The notes under the pieces were generated by a model. The model was not told the origin of the DNA. It saw only the letters and a list, made by a program, of their open reading frames with translations, and ran no database searches. 64,000 nucleotides of DNA from Octopus vulgaris. Taxonomy: Eukaryota. Each line of letters begins with the position of its first letter. Position 1 is the stretch's first letter. The DNA lies in NCBI GenBank assembly GCA_951406725.2, contig OX597818.1, positions 23,622,001 through 23,686,000 of the forward strand, written 5' to 3'. Below, piece after piece: positions 37,924-52,204 of this stretch. The translations under genes and the position numbers were made by a program.

Positions 37924-40009
37924 CTGAAAAAAAAAAAAAAAATATATATATATATAGATATACGTTTAAAAAATATATAAAAGAAAATGCTGTTCATGTT
38001 TTAGCAAAGATGATAGACCACAGATTATGTGTAAGGAAGTAGAGTAGTTGATTAACTCAAACCTAATACATGCAAGAAAGTTATTTTGTAAAACCCAAAT
38101 AGATGAAATGCAAAGCACAGTTGGAGTTTGGCTTTCACTTCACAACCTATGAGTAAATTAATAAGTCTTTCCTCTTTAGTACGTAAGAGCAAAATTCTAA
38201 AAAAAACATGCTAAATTGTCAGCTATCACACACATGCTTATCAGAAGTTCTATACATATCTACCTATATTTCCTGACCACTAATTCATTCTGTCACATTT
38301 CTCTCACTTCCTTCTTTACTTTCAGCATGGTTTGGTTTTTTTTTTTTTCACCATTCTGTTTTTCCATTTGTCCCCTTTTTTGTTTCCAGTTCCATCGGAC
38401 ATTTTCCTTTCCTTTCCTTTGCATTACCCTTACACTTATCTTATCTTAGAGCTGCACAGCCTTATTTTGTTTGTCTATTGTAAATTCATTTTGTTTTCAT
38501 ATTTATATTTGTGTTGTGTATGTTTTTGTCACTGTCTTCAACATTTGCTCACAATTCCCAGCAAGTTTGCTTATGGAAAAGTCCAAGCAAGGTTGCTTAT
38601 GGAAAACCAGAAGTTACCCATGCACACCAGCCTCCCCTTTCCACACCACCAGTGTTATCCAAGGAAAAAGCAAAGGCTGATACAGTTTGGCATCAGTGAC
38701 GTCACAACTCATTTCTACAGTTGAGTGAACTGGAGCAATGGGAAATAGGGTGTCTTGCTCAAAAACACAACACACAGTCCAGTCTGGGAATCAAACTTAC
38801 TACTTCATGATTGTGAGCCCAACACTCTAACCACTGAGCTACGTGCCTTCACACACATACACACACATACACATGCGCGCACACACACACATATATACAC
38901 ATACACAGACACACTCACAGATATATATATTTTTCGTTAGTATGTGAGTGTATGTGTGTATGACAGGTTTCCTGCAGTTTCCGTCAGCCAAATTCAGCCA
39001 CAAGGTATTGGTCTGTCTAAGGCTACAGTAGAAGACATTTACACAGGTGAAGTAAAGAGAAAAGTCAGAGTAAAGAATTTTATTGGTAAATTCAAACCTG
39101 TTTTAAATGGACAATAATGGTCCTTTCTACTATTGGGGAGAGGAGACTAGTTGAGTACATCGACCCCAGTGTTTCACTGGTACTTAATTTATTGACCCTG
39201 AAAGGATGAAAGGCAAAGTCGAAGGAACTTGAACTCAGAACATAGCGATGAGTGAAATACTGCTAATAACACTTATAGTAATAACCGTTAATACTAATAA
39301 CAGTTAATAACAGTATAATAACAATTATAGTAATAGTGATAATTGTAATGATGATAATAATAATACTACCACTGCCACCACTAACAATAATAATAATAAA
39401 GGTGGTGGTGAGGATAGTAGTAGTGTTAATCATATCAACACTGACTTGATTGAAATGTAAAATTTCTGAAAAACTGTAACAATAGAATTCTATGAAAACA
39501 GGAACATTGTTTTCAACATTCCAAAATATTATCAAACAATTATTCCTTTAGGTGCAGTCAAAGTAAAGAATCTTTGACGTACACACCAAACTGTGATGTC
39601 CTAGCTGCACACCAATTAAGATAAAACATCTTGTCGAAAAAACCAGGATAAATGCTAACCAAGTTGGTGCATTCACCAAATAATGACATCTAAGCCACAT
39701 ACTGACTTAGTTGGCATGCTCACCAAATCATGACATCTAAGCTACATACTAATTGGTTAAAATACAGGTCGTAACATTCAGCCTGCTGGAGCTCATTGGC
39801 AGGTATTTAAAGGACAAATCTAACCATTTCACCACAGTTGTTAATTGTGGAGCACAACTGTTACTACATAAACCTAATGATTGTGTAACACATGAAAGTA
39901 CTAGATTACTCCAATATTGTAAAATTGGAAAAATTGGAAAAGTGGAAATAATAAAAAATGAAAATCAGACTAAATTGAAATTTCATTGATTAATACATAC
40001 ACATCATCA

Positions 40010-41060
40010 TCATCATCGTTTAACATCAGCTTTCCATGCAGTTATGGGTTGGATGGTTTGACTGAGGGCTGGCAAGCCAGAAGACTGCACCAGGCTCCAA
40101 TCCAATCTAGCAAAGTGTCTACAGTTGGATGCCCTTCCTAATGCCAGCCACTCTGAGAGTGCAGTGTGTGCTTTTTACATGCCCCTGGCATGAGGGCCGG
40201 TCAGGTGGTACTGGCATTGACCATGCTCAGATGGTGCTTTGTACATGTCACTGGCACAGGAGCCAGTCAGGCAGCACTGGCAATGATCACACTCGAATGG
40301 TGATTTTAATGTGCCACTGGCACAGGTGCCAATCAGGCAGTACTGTCATTGGTCTTGACAACGATTTCACTTGCCTCAACATGTCTTCACAAGCACAGTT
40401 TATTGCCCAATGATTGAAGGGTACTTTTAAATGGGCTGGTTATACTGCAATAGCATAGGCCACGGTTATGGTTTCACTTGACTTGCCGAGTCTTCTCAAG
40501 CACAGCATATCTCCAAAGGTCTCAGTCACTTGTCATTGCCTCAATGAGGCCCAATGTTCGAAGGTCATGCTTCACCACCTCATCCCAGGTCTTCCTGGGT
40601 TACCTCTTCCACAGGTTCTTTCAACCGCTAGGGTGTGACACTTTTTCACAAAGCTGTCCTCATCCATTCTCAACACATGACCATACCAGTGCAGTTGTCT
40701 CTCTTGCACACCACATCCGATGCTTCTTATCTCCAACTTTTTCTCTCAGGGTGCTTACACTCTGTTGTGTATGCACACTGACAGACCACATTCAGTGGAG
40801 CATACTGGCTTCATTCCTTGCAAGCTTACGCATGTCCTCAGCAGTCACAGCCCATGTTTTACTGCCATGTAGCATGGCTGTTCGTACACATGCATCATAC
40901 AGTCTACCTTTTACTCTGAGCAAGAAGCCCTTTGTCACCAGCAGAGTTAAGAGCTCTCTGAACTTTGCCCAGGCTATTCTTATTCTAGCAGCTACATTTT
41001 CAGAGTATCCATCCCTGCTACTGACTTGGTCACCTAGGTAACGGAAGCTGTTAACTACTT
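40010..41060 (-). mobile_element. RTE/RTE-X LINE 3' fragment with 3' UTR
   Basis: Minus-strand remnants of GRLYDACVRTAMLHGS.TW and LHWYGHVLRM, followed by a (GAT)n tail. Confidence 0.75.
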
Positions 41061-41227
41061 GTAGTTTTTACCCCTGGGATGTGATGGAAGCTGTTTTCTG
41101 CACATTTTCAGTGTTTATTGCTCCTGAGCATTTGCCGCACACAAAAACAAACTTAGACATAGATATATATGCACACACACACACATATATTCATATACAT
41201 ATATATACACATAGATACCCACAAACA

Positions 41228-41267
<40 letters not shown>

Positions 41268-41269
41268 TT

Positions 41270-41700
41270 TTTTGCGTAATGAGATAAAAAAACCAAGGCT
41301 GTATAGATATTAGAGCATTTATAGATAGAAGGTCTTACAGCTGTTTCTAGAATATTAATTAATAATAATATCCCTTCATTGGAGATGGTGTGAGAGGAAA
41401 ACTTAAGTCATAGTTAGTTTCGATGTGATATAAATAGAGAGTGAGGTGGAGGAAATAGATGTAAGATATGTATGGTTATATATATATATATATATATATT
41501 GGTGAATTGAAGAAATGGAGCTGAACGCAGATTTCTTCAATTCACCAATAATATTTTAATTTCAATTATCCGCACCAACGCACGGTTGCAACACCATATG
41601 GTTGTACCTCCAACCGTGCTGTTTACTGCTGTGATTTTTGCTACTAAGGTATCGGTTAAACTTTTGATTAATCTACTACAAGATTATTCATCTTTCTATT
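41270..41700 (-). mobile_element. PLE-type terminal remnants with a decayed hammerhead (41333-41385) and a short fold-back (41497-41550)
   Basis: Minus strand TCT-CCAATGA-AGGGATATT...AATATTCTA-GAAAC-AGCT-GTA-AGA; arms ATTGGTGAATTGAAGAAAT / ATTTCTTCAATTCACCAAT. Flanked by (TA)n. Confidence 0.5.
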
Positions 41701-41701
41701 T

Positions 41702-41777
<76 letters not shown>

Positions 41778-42270
41778 TGTATATAAAATTAATATAAACA
41801 ACTAAGTGCAATGTGATACCATAAAGGAAAAATTCAATTGTCACTAAGTTGGTTTACAGGTAATCTTTTTGAATATGCATATAAAAGTCCTTATTTTATT
41901 ATGCCAGCTACAGCCTAATGATACCAACTGGCAATAGCAGTTTTTTGGGGTTGTGCCAATATAATGTAGGATAAATATAATAGTAATAATAGTAATAATA
42001 ATCCATGGATGGAATTTATGAAATTTTTTAATGCATTGCTGTGCATTTTTCCACAAATCACATGTTTCTTACAATCATAGTCCATATTCCTGGAGTGATG
42101 GCCATATCATCTGAGGAAATTAGCATATGAACATGATCCACCTGATGTCCAGGGATACTATGGACTGTACTGTAATCACCCCAGGAATACGGACTATGAT
42201 TGAAAGAAATATGTGATTTGTGGAAACACACATAGTGATGCATTAAAATATCTATAAATTTCATCCATGG

Positions 42271-42275
42271 ATTAC

Positions 42276-42321
<46 letters not shown>

Positions 42322-42397
42322 GTTATTGTTATTATTATTATTGTTATTGTTATTATTATTATTATTATTGTTATTGTTATTGTTATTATTGTTATTG

Positions 42398-42485
<88 letters not shown>

Positions 42486-42568
42486 CATATATATATATAC
42501 ATATATATATACATATATATATACATATATATATATACATATATATATATACATACATATATACATAC

Positions 42569-42627
<59 letters not shown>

Positions 42628-42628
42628 C

Positions 42629-42686
<58 letters not shown>
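42271..42686. repeat. (ATT/GTT)n plus (TA)n compound microsatellite
   Basis: Read directly from the sequence. Confidence 0.95.
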
Positions 42687-42689
<3 letters not shown>

Positions 42690-44604
42690 CGTTGAAGGAA
42701 ATAAATTCTCACTAATCTACTCCATTTATGTTTGTACATTATTTAGGATTCTGAAACTGAAATCATATCATCATATAAATGTGTGAAAAAAAGGTTATTA
42801 TATACAAGGTTATAAAATATTGGTTTGTCTTGATTATGCACAAATATATAAATGACATGTTCCTCAATTGAATCAGTCCCAAATATATCAGTGAGTTTAG
42901 TGATACTCAGAATAATCTAAAGTTAAATTTAATACTGGTAGGACTTAAATTCAAAATAGCAAGACACCAAACAAGATACAATAAAGCATCTTATTTGACA
43001 TCTGGTTTGAAATTAATTAATGATATGTTTAAACAGTATGAAGCTTAAAATGCACAGGGCACTATGGTTTTCTATCAGTTATAAGGATGTCAATGATATA
43101 AGTGGAACAAATTCAACTGCGAGCTGAAACTAAATCACACACACAATTTTGCAACAAACTTCATACCACTATCAACAAATTGATCAAATATTAATTTGTT
43201 TTGGCTCCATACAAGGCCAAAGAGAGAGGGTATATTTGATAAAAAAATCGAATTATTTTTATACTTATGGAACTTGTTTTAGTCATCCTATAGGAGATAA
43301 AATAGAAATGATCCTCACAAGTGTTTAACTTGGAAAGAGGTAACAAATTTATCAAATAATGATTTAGTTAGACATGCTAAAGGGATTTAAATTTTAAGAG
43401 AAAGCAAAGTGAAATTTAGCAACATCTTTATGTTTCTGAACGGCATCAGCAAAATAAAGTGTATCAACCAAAATTCAAAAGCCAAATTATGATATCAGTC
43501 CACAAGTTTAAAATGATTAAATAATGAACACAACTGTTACACATCAAATTGTAAAATAAAAAAAGAAACAATAGGATAAAGTTAAAATAGAAAGGCAACA
43601 GAATTCAAATTAATATTTTGTGTCTAACAGAGTACTGGAATGTTTTCTGATTCTATCTCAAAAGAAAGAGGGAGGGAAAAAAACAGGCATTTTTTTTACT
43701 GCTGTGTGGTATCACTCAGACAGCACCTGGTTAAATAACAGTAACAAAAACAAATACATTAACAAAGTGCTCAAACGTGAAGGGAGTAATATCATTTAGA
43801 CTAGGAGTGATCAATTCAAGAAGTACTTAGTTCTTGAAGATGTTCCATGTGACCCCAGAACTGCCAGACAAACTGATCTTAGCAGATACCTAGATGATAA
43901 AACGTTATATGTGTGCATGTTTCCCATAAAGTTGAAAATTATGCTTTTGTAACCCAGGAGTAAAAAATATCAATTGAATACCAATTGAACTAAAAAATGT
44001 CGGTTATATCACATATTTGTGGAAGATAAGATGTGTTTTCATGATCAGCAACTGCTACAAAATATCATATAGGTACTATTTCTTCCAAGGCAGTATGGTG
44101 TTTTTGCTAAAACAATATTCAATGCCACTCTTAGAAAAGACTTCTCTGGGACTGTTATAAAAAATATTTCAAATGCTTAGTATATCCATGCATTTCAATA
44201 CATTCCAATCAAAACACTCACTAAATTCAAACACAACAGAGTTGTTAAAGTCGTTTGAAACAGAGAAAAAAGTCTGTGTACAAGGGAACATTTCATTCAA
44301 AATCAGTGAAAAATAAAATATTTGTGATCAACTGTTTTGAAACCTACAACTTCTCTTCCCAGATTATAAATTTACATTTGTACTATTAATCATGGAAACA
44401 CTTGGTTATGTTAGTATTTACCAAAAACATTTACCCACCAAATTCATTCTGCAAGCAGAACAGTGAAAATATACCAGATTTTTCTTAAGTTCACCATGTT
44501 ACTAAATATTGTTGTTGTTATCTGAATTCTGAAGATAGGGGTTTGTTTCTTAGAAACTAATCTGTTTTTGTAGGAGGAGTTTAAGATATTAAAAAAGGGA
44601 TATA

Positions 44605-45827
44605 CTGGATCATTCCATAAATAATGCAGTTTTTTATACTTCTTTCATTTTTCAAAATTAAGAAAAACAAAGGTTCTTTTTTAATCTAAAATATACTCTC
44701 CTTCATTTTCTACAATGCTCTTCCATCTATCCCCTCTTCCAAAATTCACTTGTCTGTGATGAAAAATAATCCTCTAGCACTGTTCTGACCTCATCTACAG
44801 AATCCATATTTTTTCTGTCCAAATGATTTTGAAGACTGCAAAATAAATGATAATCAGATGGAGCAATGTCTGGCAAATATGGTGGATGGGGCATTGTTTC
44901 CCATTCAAACTGCTCCAGCCTTTGGAATATCATCCTCACAGTATGTGACCAAGCATTATCCTGATGGAAGAACACCTTTTGTCTTGAAACCGAAGATGGT
45001 CGTTTTTCTTCTAGCACTGATTTAAGCTGCTTAAGCTGCTCACAGTAGATCTCTTTTGTTATTGTTTGGTTTGGGTTTAAAAGTTCAAAGTGGACTAAAC
45101 CTTTCCGAAGACCTTCTTTAGCCTGGGGTGCCGATTTTTCTCCTTTCTGTCTTCGGCACTTGACATTTTTATAGAGAACCCATTTCTCATCACCAGTCAC
45201 TATTCAGTTCAAAAAAGGTTCATTTGTGAGACATAACAGCAAAGAAGAGCACACATTCACTCTCTGCACTCGATTAAACTCGGAAAGTTTGTGAGGAACC
45301 TATTGACCCAATTTGCTGACTTTTCCGATGGCACACAAGGGTTGATGAATGGTTGAATGACCAAATCCAAGCTTCTCTGCTAGTTCCTCAACAGTTATGA
45401 TGGGATTTTGTTCCACCACGTTTTGCAGGACATCCTCATCGAGTTATACAGGTCTTCCAGGATGAGGCTCATCTAGGCTGTAGTTACCTACTCAGAATTT
45501 CTGGAACAACCATTGACACTGGCTTACACTTATTGTCCAGTCCCCATATACTGTATTAATATTCCTTGCACTTTCCGTTGCATTGTTGCCTTTATTGAAC
45601 TCATAAAGCAAAATATACTTTAATATGCTTCTTTGTCACTTCCATTATAGCTTTAAAAAAATAACTGTTAAAATCGAACTGCACTTTTCAAAACTTGCAC
45701 CAAGAATAAGGGAAGTTAAAATTACTACCTGCTTTTGTAATAAGTTGATGTAGGTAGTTTATCATGTCCTCCTCCAACTTTTAGTTCATGCAATTGAAAA
45801 AACCGCATTATTTATGGGATGACCCAG
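44605..45827 (-). mobile_element. Full-length decayed mariner element with both TIRs and TA TSDs
   Basis: TA|CTGGATCATTCCATAAATAATGC ... GCATTATTTATGGGATGACCCAG|TA. Motifs VTGDEKW, FHQDNA and HPPYLPDIAPSDYHLF. Confidence 0.92.
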
Positions 45828-46288
45828 TATATATATATATATATATATATATACATTCTGAGACCCCCTTCAGCTATGACTGATTATGGGATTGCACCTA
45901 GAAAGTTACCCTCCCAAGCACAAGTCCGGGCAAGTTTGTTTATGGAATACCAACAGTTGCCCATGCATACCAGCCTCCCCTCCCTACAGCACCAATGTTA
46001 TCCAAGAGAAAAGTAAGGGCCTATACAGCTTGACACCTGTGATGTCGCAACTCATTTCTACAGCTGAGTGAACTGGAGCAACGTGAAATAAAGTGTCTTG
46101 CTCAAGAACACAACACGTAGCTTGGTCCAGGATACAAACTCACAACCTCACGATCGTAAGCTTGATGCTCTAACCACTGAGCCATGCACCTTCACATACA
46201 TACATACATACACACATACATAAACATATACATATATACATATGGATAGATATATAGATATATATAGAGAGAGATAGAGACACACACA

Positions 46289-46320
<32 letters not shown>

Positions 46321-46427
46321 TACATACATACATACACACAGAACAGACAGACAAGACCAACTTGGTTGGTTAGCTCTATGGTAAAGTAATAGATTACCGT
46401 GCTATTTACAAGAGATCCCCATCTTAC

Positions 46428-46652
46428 CTCGTGGAAACATCCTTTTATCAACATTGTGGAAACCGGGAAGAGAAGATACTTCTTGGGAAGGCAAGAAGGA
46501 AGTGGTGTCAACATAATGAGAAATGGTTTCAATTTCTGTTGGGTAGCTACCTGTAATGTTCTCTTCAACTGTTTCATTTCCATTAAACTTTAGATTACCA
46601 GAATTTGTCTTCAAAAAGAATTCTTCGAAAATTCCTTCACACTCATCAGTAT
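46428..46652 (-). CDS. Internal exon (Ser/Thr/Glu-rich juxtamembrane stalk) of the same gene
   Basis: Acceptor TTTCATTTCAAAG, 225 bp, phase 1->1, donor GTAAGA. Encodes TDECEGIFEE...DKRMFPR. Confidence 0.75.
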
Positions 46653-48768
46653 CTTTGAAATGAAACAAAATAAGCATAAAAATAAAAATACTTTTTATTT
46701 ATTATTTAAATATCAGTCTAAAACTAGTTTATTTTTAGTTCTATCTCTTCAAATAAAATGCCTGAGAGTTACTGTAAAGGGATCAACACAATATAATTAT
46801 TTAAGATATAATAAAGGCAATACACTAAATAAAACAGTGTGCACTACAGCACATACTCTATCTCATGAAGTGAGTTAAAACTGCTGCATAAAGTTAAAAT
46901 AAACCATCTGGTTCTAAGGCATTGCATCCAGCAACAAATTCCTTGCCTGTTTTAGATATGTTTTTTTTTTTTTTTATTTATGCACCTTTTCAAGCCTAGC
47001 TAGATTCATGGGCCCAGTTCCCCGGTTTCTGTGGCGTATGTGTTCCCCCCAGCTAGATGGGATGCCAGTCCATCGCAGCGTTACTCAAGAAACAGGAAGA
47101 AAGAGTGAGAGAAGGTTGGGGCGAAAGAGTACAACAGAGCCTCGTGGAGCTTTAGGTGTTTCCGCTCAATAAACACACACAACGCCCGGTCTGGGAATTG
47201 AAACCACGATCTTCCGACCGCGAGTCCGCTGCCCTAACCACTGGGCCATTGCACCTCCACTCAAGCACCTCTAAATGTCTTCAATTGAGTTATTGATAAC
47301 ATCTAAAGTATTTTCTAATAAAAGAACTGAATCTATACATTTCAAGACATGTAATTTACTGAGTAAAGTCTATATAACATTATGTTATATTTTAGAATAT
47401 ATATATATTTTACATCAAAACCTGTGAATTAAAAATATTATCGCTGGTATATAGGTATGTTGTAAGTTATTTGTAGTTGGTTTGCTAGTCTTTGTTTTTG
47501 TTTCTTTATTTATTTTTTGAGGGACGGGTTTGCATGTGGGTGGGTGGGTGGGGGTCATATTACAAAAATTTAAAGTTTTTGGATTACAGGACACATTCAC
47601 AGACATAAACAGTGCATTTCTCCACTGTGGCATACTTGACTGTAATGTATAAAGAGTTAATTCCCTCTGTTGTAGACAAAGAAATTGTCTGTAAAATGTA
47701 TTCTACTAATTTCACTTCCTGGTATCTTAACAGCTGAGAAAATTTCACTTGTGGTTTCACATTATCAACATCTGATGCCATATAGATATAAAACAACTGA
47801 AGGTCTCTGGAACTGTATGAACTTTGATCGATTTGTAGGAATCCATAAGACCTTTAGGTTTGCAAATTCTGTGTAAGGTAAATAAAGAAATGGCAATCGA
47901 AATCTTGTTTCTTAGAAAACGCTTCCAAGAAGTGAGAAGGAAAAAAAGGTTTACAAAATCAAGATTACAGTGGTTAAAAACAATTACATGTATTAGAATA
48001 TTTGAAGAAGTGAAATCTGTAGTACTAGTGAGTTATTGAAGATTTATGATGCTTTGTAAAACAATAATAGAACACTATCAGATTATTATGTGGATTTCTC
48101 TAGATTTTTTTAAATGATTATAAATTTTGCATGCTTAGAGAACATTGAATTGAATACTCGAATTTATGTAAAATAACAGGTACCATCTGAATTTATGTTA
48201 GAATATTTGAAAAGGACATGGGCAAAGCTTGGTCTTCAGGTAAGTTGGGTGAATACCAAGCTGATGCATCACTGAATGGGAAAGATATTAGGAAGACCCT
48301 CAACCCAGGGAACATCCTAAATTTCAGGACAAAGTCTTCAGAAACAGCTAACACTTCAGGAGATTCCTACTGAAGTTTTGGGCCCCACAAGCCAACAGGG
48401 TCGATTACGAATAGTAGTTTAAGGGAGACAGTCCCTTGCATTTAACAACTCTCCTTTGTGTATTCAACAATTAGCAACAAGGTCTTTTCTCCCCCCACTT
48501 TGAAGAGAGGTTATAGGACATCAGCCATTAGGGTCTGAAGAAATGCTGTAAAGCCAAGCACTTTATGGACATGAAACCCTCAGTGGCCCCAAAGACCAGC
48601 CATAACTACCTTTAATTACTCTAGTTCCATTGTGCATGAATATGTGTGGATGAGTTTGCATGTATGAATGCATGTGTTCATTTTTAAGTGAATGATTTGT
48701 AAATGTGAGTGTATGTATACATGGGTGTGTTTACCAAGTAGTAAAATAAATAAATATTGTGTACTTAC

Positions 48769-49086
48769 TAACATGTAAGAACCAAAATACTTTGTCACAA
48801 TCATAGAAAATTGATTGTAAATAATCATCTGCAATATTTTTATTAGGAATGTTATACTGATAGTAAGGATGCATGTCTGTATGACAGTCCTTGCATGTTT
48901 TTACATGAATCCTTTGGTTTTGAAGTATTAGCCAAATGTTATTAGCAAAACTGTTAGGAATTATGCCACACTGATATATTGATTCTTTGAACTTGTGTTG
49001 TGTATACTTGTAGCATTGCACATGAAGATCCTCTTTCATTATTTGGTGCTTTGATTTAATTTCTTCACAACCCAGGATTAAAGATT
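48769..49086 (-). CDS. Internal exon (Cys-containing ectodomain) of the same gene
   Basis: Acceptor TTTTTTTAATCGCATTTCAG, 318 bp, phase 1->1, donor GTAAGT. Encodes SLILGCEEIK...QC...QC...TCKDC...DCDKVFWFLHV. Confidence 0.75.
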
Positions 49087-50689
49087 CTGAAATGCGATTA
49101 AAAAAATAATAATGTACATAAGTAATACTATTTTAAAAAACAAATAGAAAAAAAGGGCCACAAAAAGTAAATAGAACAAATAATAGTCTACAGAGCAGGA
49201 ACTTTATATTTTGATATTCTTATATTTTAGTCTTTTGAAGGGTTTTTAAACTGATTAAATTAAGATGCTTTCATTAACCTTTAAGAAACCATATTTCAAA
49301 TGAAAGATGGTACCCATGTTTTAGTTAATGTAAAAATTAGTAATCCTGTAGCAAGATTCAAAACCTACTTGACAAACTGACAAGTTAAAATCATAGCAAA
49401 GCAACAGCTTTTTCATGTGATTGGCCAAGTTCTGGACCAATCAGCATCGAGACATCATGTGAGGCATCTTTTTAGAAGCTAGAACGTCCCTTTACAAAGC
49501 TTATAAATAAGCATGTTTTGAGCACCAAACTTCAGTTTGTGGCTGCCCACAGCTAAGCTAACCACATACTTATTTTGCTGCTTTTAACAGTCATTATCTT
49601 TTTTGTTTTTTGTTATTTATTTTTGCATGTGGGTGGGGTAACATTACCCCACCCACAATTTTTCAAGCCAATCACATGTGATTGGCTTGAAAAATTGTTA
49701 AGACTCTATGATATATTCCTACTTCTCTTAACATGAAACCAATGGTAGTTTTAATTCACCAATAAAGAAATTATATCCACCAATGCAGAGCTGAACACTC
49801 ATTTTTGTCGTTCGACATTTATATACATATATATATGTTATAGAGTGATGCAGCATCATTTTAAGTATTCCAACTTATAAGATAAACTTGAGTTTAACTT
49901 TTTGCTCTTCAGGGAATAAGCAATGTTGCCTGTTCTTTATTTTCTATGTATGAAGTTTGTTTTCCTTTCAAGAAATCTTGACTTTCTTACACAGCAGTAT
50001 AGTAATGTCACTCTTGAATCACATTTTGATAACATTCATAAAAATAATAAACAAGACAGACTTCAAAAAGTCCTAAAATATTGGTTTCAATTTTTTGGCA
50101 TAGGACCAGCAATTTTGGGGGAGGGGTAAGTCAATTACTTTCACCCCAGTGCTCAACTGATACTTATTTTAATGACCCCAAAGGGATGAAAGGGAAAGTC
50201 GACCTCAGCAGAATTCGAACTCAGGACATAAAAACAGACAAAAGGCTATTAAGCATTTTGCATATTATGCTAGCAATTCTGCCAGCTTGCTGCCCTGAAA
50301 AAATGGCTTCTAAAATATTAAAAGTAGGCAATAGAAACAAATACTTGAGACAGCATGTCATTTTATAATGGTACCTTACTTTTAACATTCATTTTCAAAT
50401 AATGAATATTTGTAAAGAGAGTATATATATATATATATATATATATATTACTTGTTTCAGTCATCTGACTGCGGCCATGCTGGAGCACCACCTTTAACTA
50501 TATATCTATAGTTAACTATATATCTTTTATCTTTTACTTTCTTCAGTCTGGTACTTATTTTATCAGTATTCTCGTTTGTGAGAGCAGTTGAGTTTATTTC
50601 AGATATTCTCATTTTAAAAATCATCTCTAGCTAATCGATGAGAGGACACTGGTGTTGCCTTGGCAGAGGTTTGCACTCTCTGAATGTTA

Positions 50690-50730
<41 letters not shown>

Positions 50731-51871
50731 GAGTGAGAGAGCAGTACATGCCATCAAAGTGACACTGGGGTAAAATATACGAAGCCCAGTGTACCCATCA
50801 TGACTACCCGTCTGATAAGGGTACACCAGGCACATGCATCACAACCATATGTACGTGACATGGTGATCTCATATCACGATAAACAGTGCATGACCTTGCA
50901 GGAGGAGCCCAGTTAGAATTTTCTTCTGGTCAAGTAGCTCATCCTGCTCAACAGGTCCTTAAATAAGGATTGTTTAAGTATGTTGAACGAACCACCCATG
51001 TTTCCAAAAGTGAATTATCCAAACCTCCAAGAATTCCTTTCAACACATGGCTATGATGCTCCCCCACTACTTCTGCTCATGATCAGAGATGCACATATCG
51101 TCAGCCTATTATCATCATTATTATTATTATTATGATAATAATAATAAACAAGCCAGCACTAATTATCAAGCAATGGTGGAGGGCAAACACAAACAATGAA
51201 TACCAACCGACTTTAGCCCCTCTCTGAAACTGCTGGCCTAGTGGCAAAATTTGAAACCATGATTATTATTGTTGTTGTTGTTGTTGTTGTTGTTAAGGTG
51301 GTGCACTGGCAGAATCATTAGTGCACCAGGCAAAATGCATAGCAGTATTTTGCCTGTCACTATATTCTGAGTTCAAATTCTGCTGAGGTCGACTTTGCTT
51401 TTCATCCTTTTTGGGGTTGACAAATTAAGTAGCAGTGAAACACTGGAGATCGATGTAATCGACTCATCCCCTCCCCCAAAATTTCTGCCCTTGTGGAAAA
51501 ATCTGAAATCATTATTACCTCCACATTAGCGAAGGTGAAGGTATTGTTTTCAGTCATGTTCGTTTGTCCGTGGACAAGATATCTCAAGAACCATTGGATG
51601 AATTCGAATGAAACTTTCAGGTATGTTTGAGCTCGTAACTGGCATGAACTGATTAGATTTTGGGATCGATCCAGTACCAGACAAGGATTCTGGATTATTT
51701 TTCCTGTTTTTTTACTTAATTTTTCAGAGCAGTTGGGTTCATTTTTAGTATTCTCGTTTGTGTGAGCAGTCAAGTTTATTTCAGATATTCTCATTTTAAA
51801 AATCATCTCTGGCTAATTGATGAGAGGATGTTGGTCTTGCCTTGGCAGAGTTTTACACTCCCTCAGTGTTG

Positions 51872-51935
<64 letters not shown>

Positions 51936-52159
51936 CATTATCATTAAAGCAGTGAGTTGGCAGAATTGTTAGCATGTCGGACAAAAAGCTTAATGGCATT
52001 TCTTCTGGCTTTACATTCTGAGTTCAAATTCTGCTGAGGCTGATTGTGTTTCATCATTTTCAGATTAATGAAATAAGTACTGGTTGAGCACTGAGGTCAA
52101 TGTAATCAACTAAACCCCCTCTTCTCCTAAATTGTGGCCTTGTGTAAAAATTTGAAGCA

Positions 52160-52202
<43 letters not shown>

Positions 52203-52204
<2 letters not shown>

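Noticed and set aside
47588-47868. Possible extra exon of the membrane-protein gene
   Set aside because: The acceptor looks good, but all three frames hit stops, and the flanking exons already splice in phase without it.
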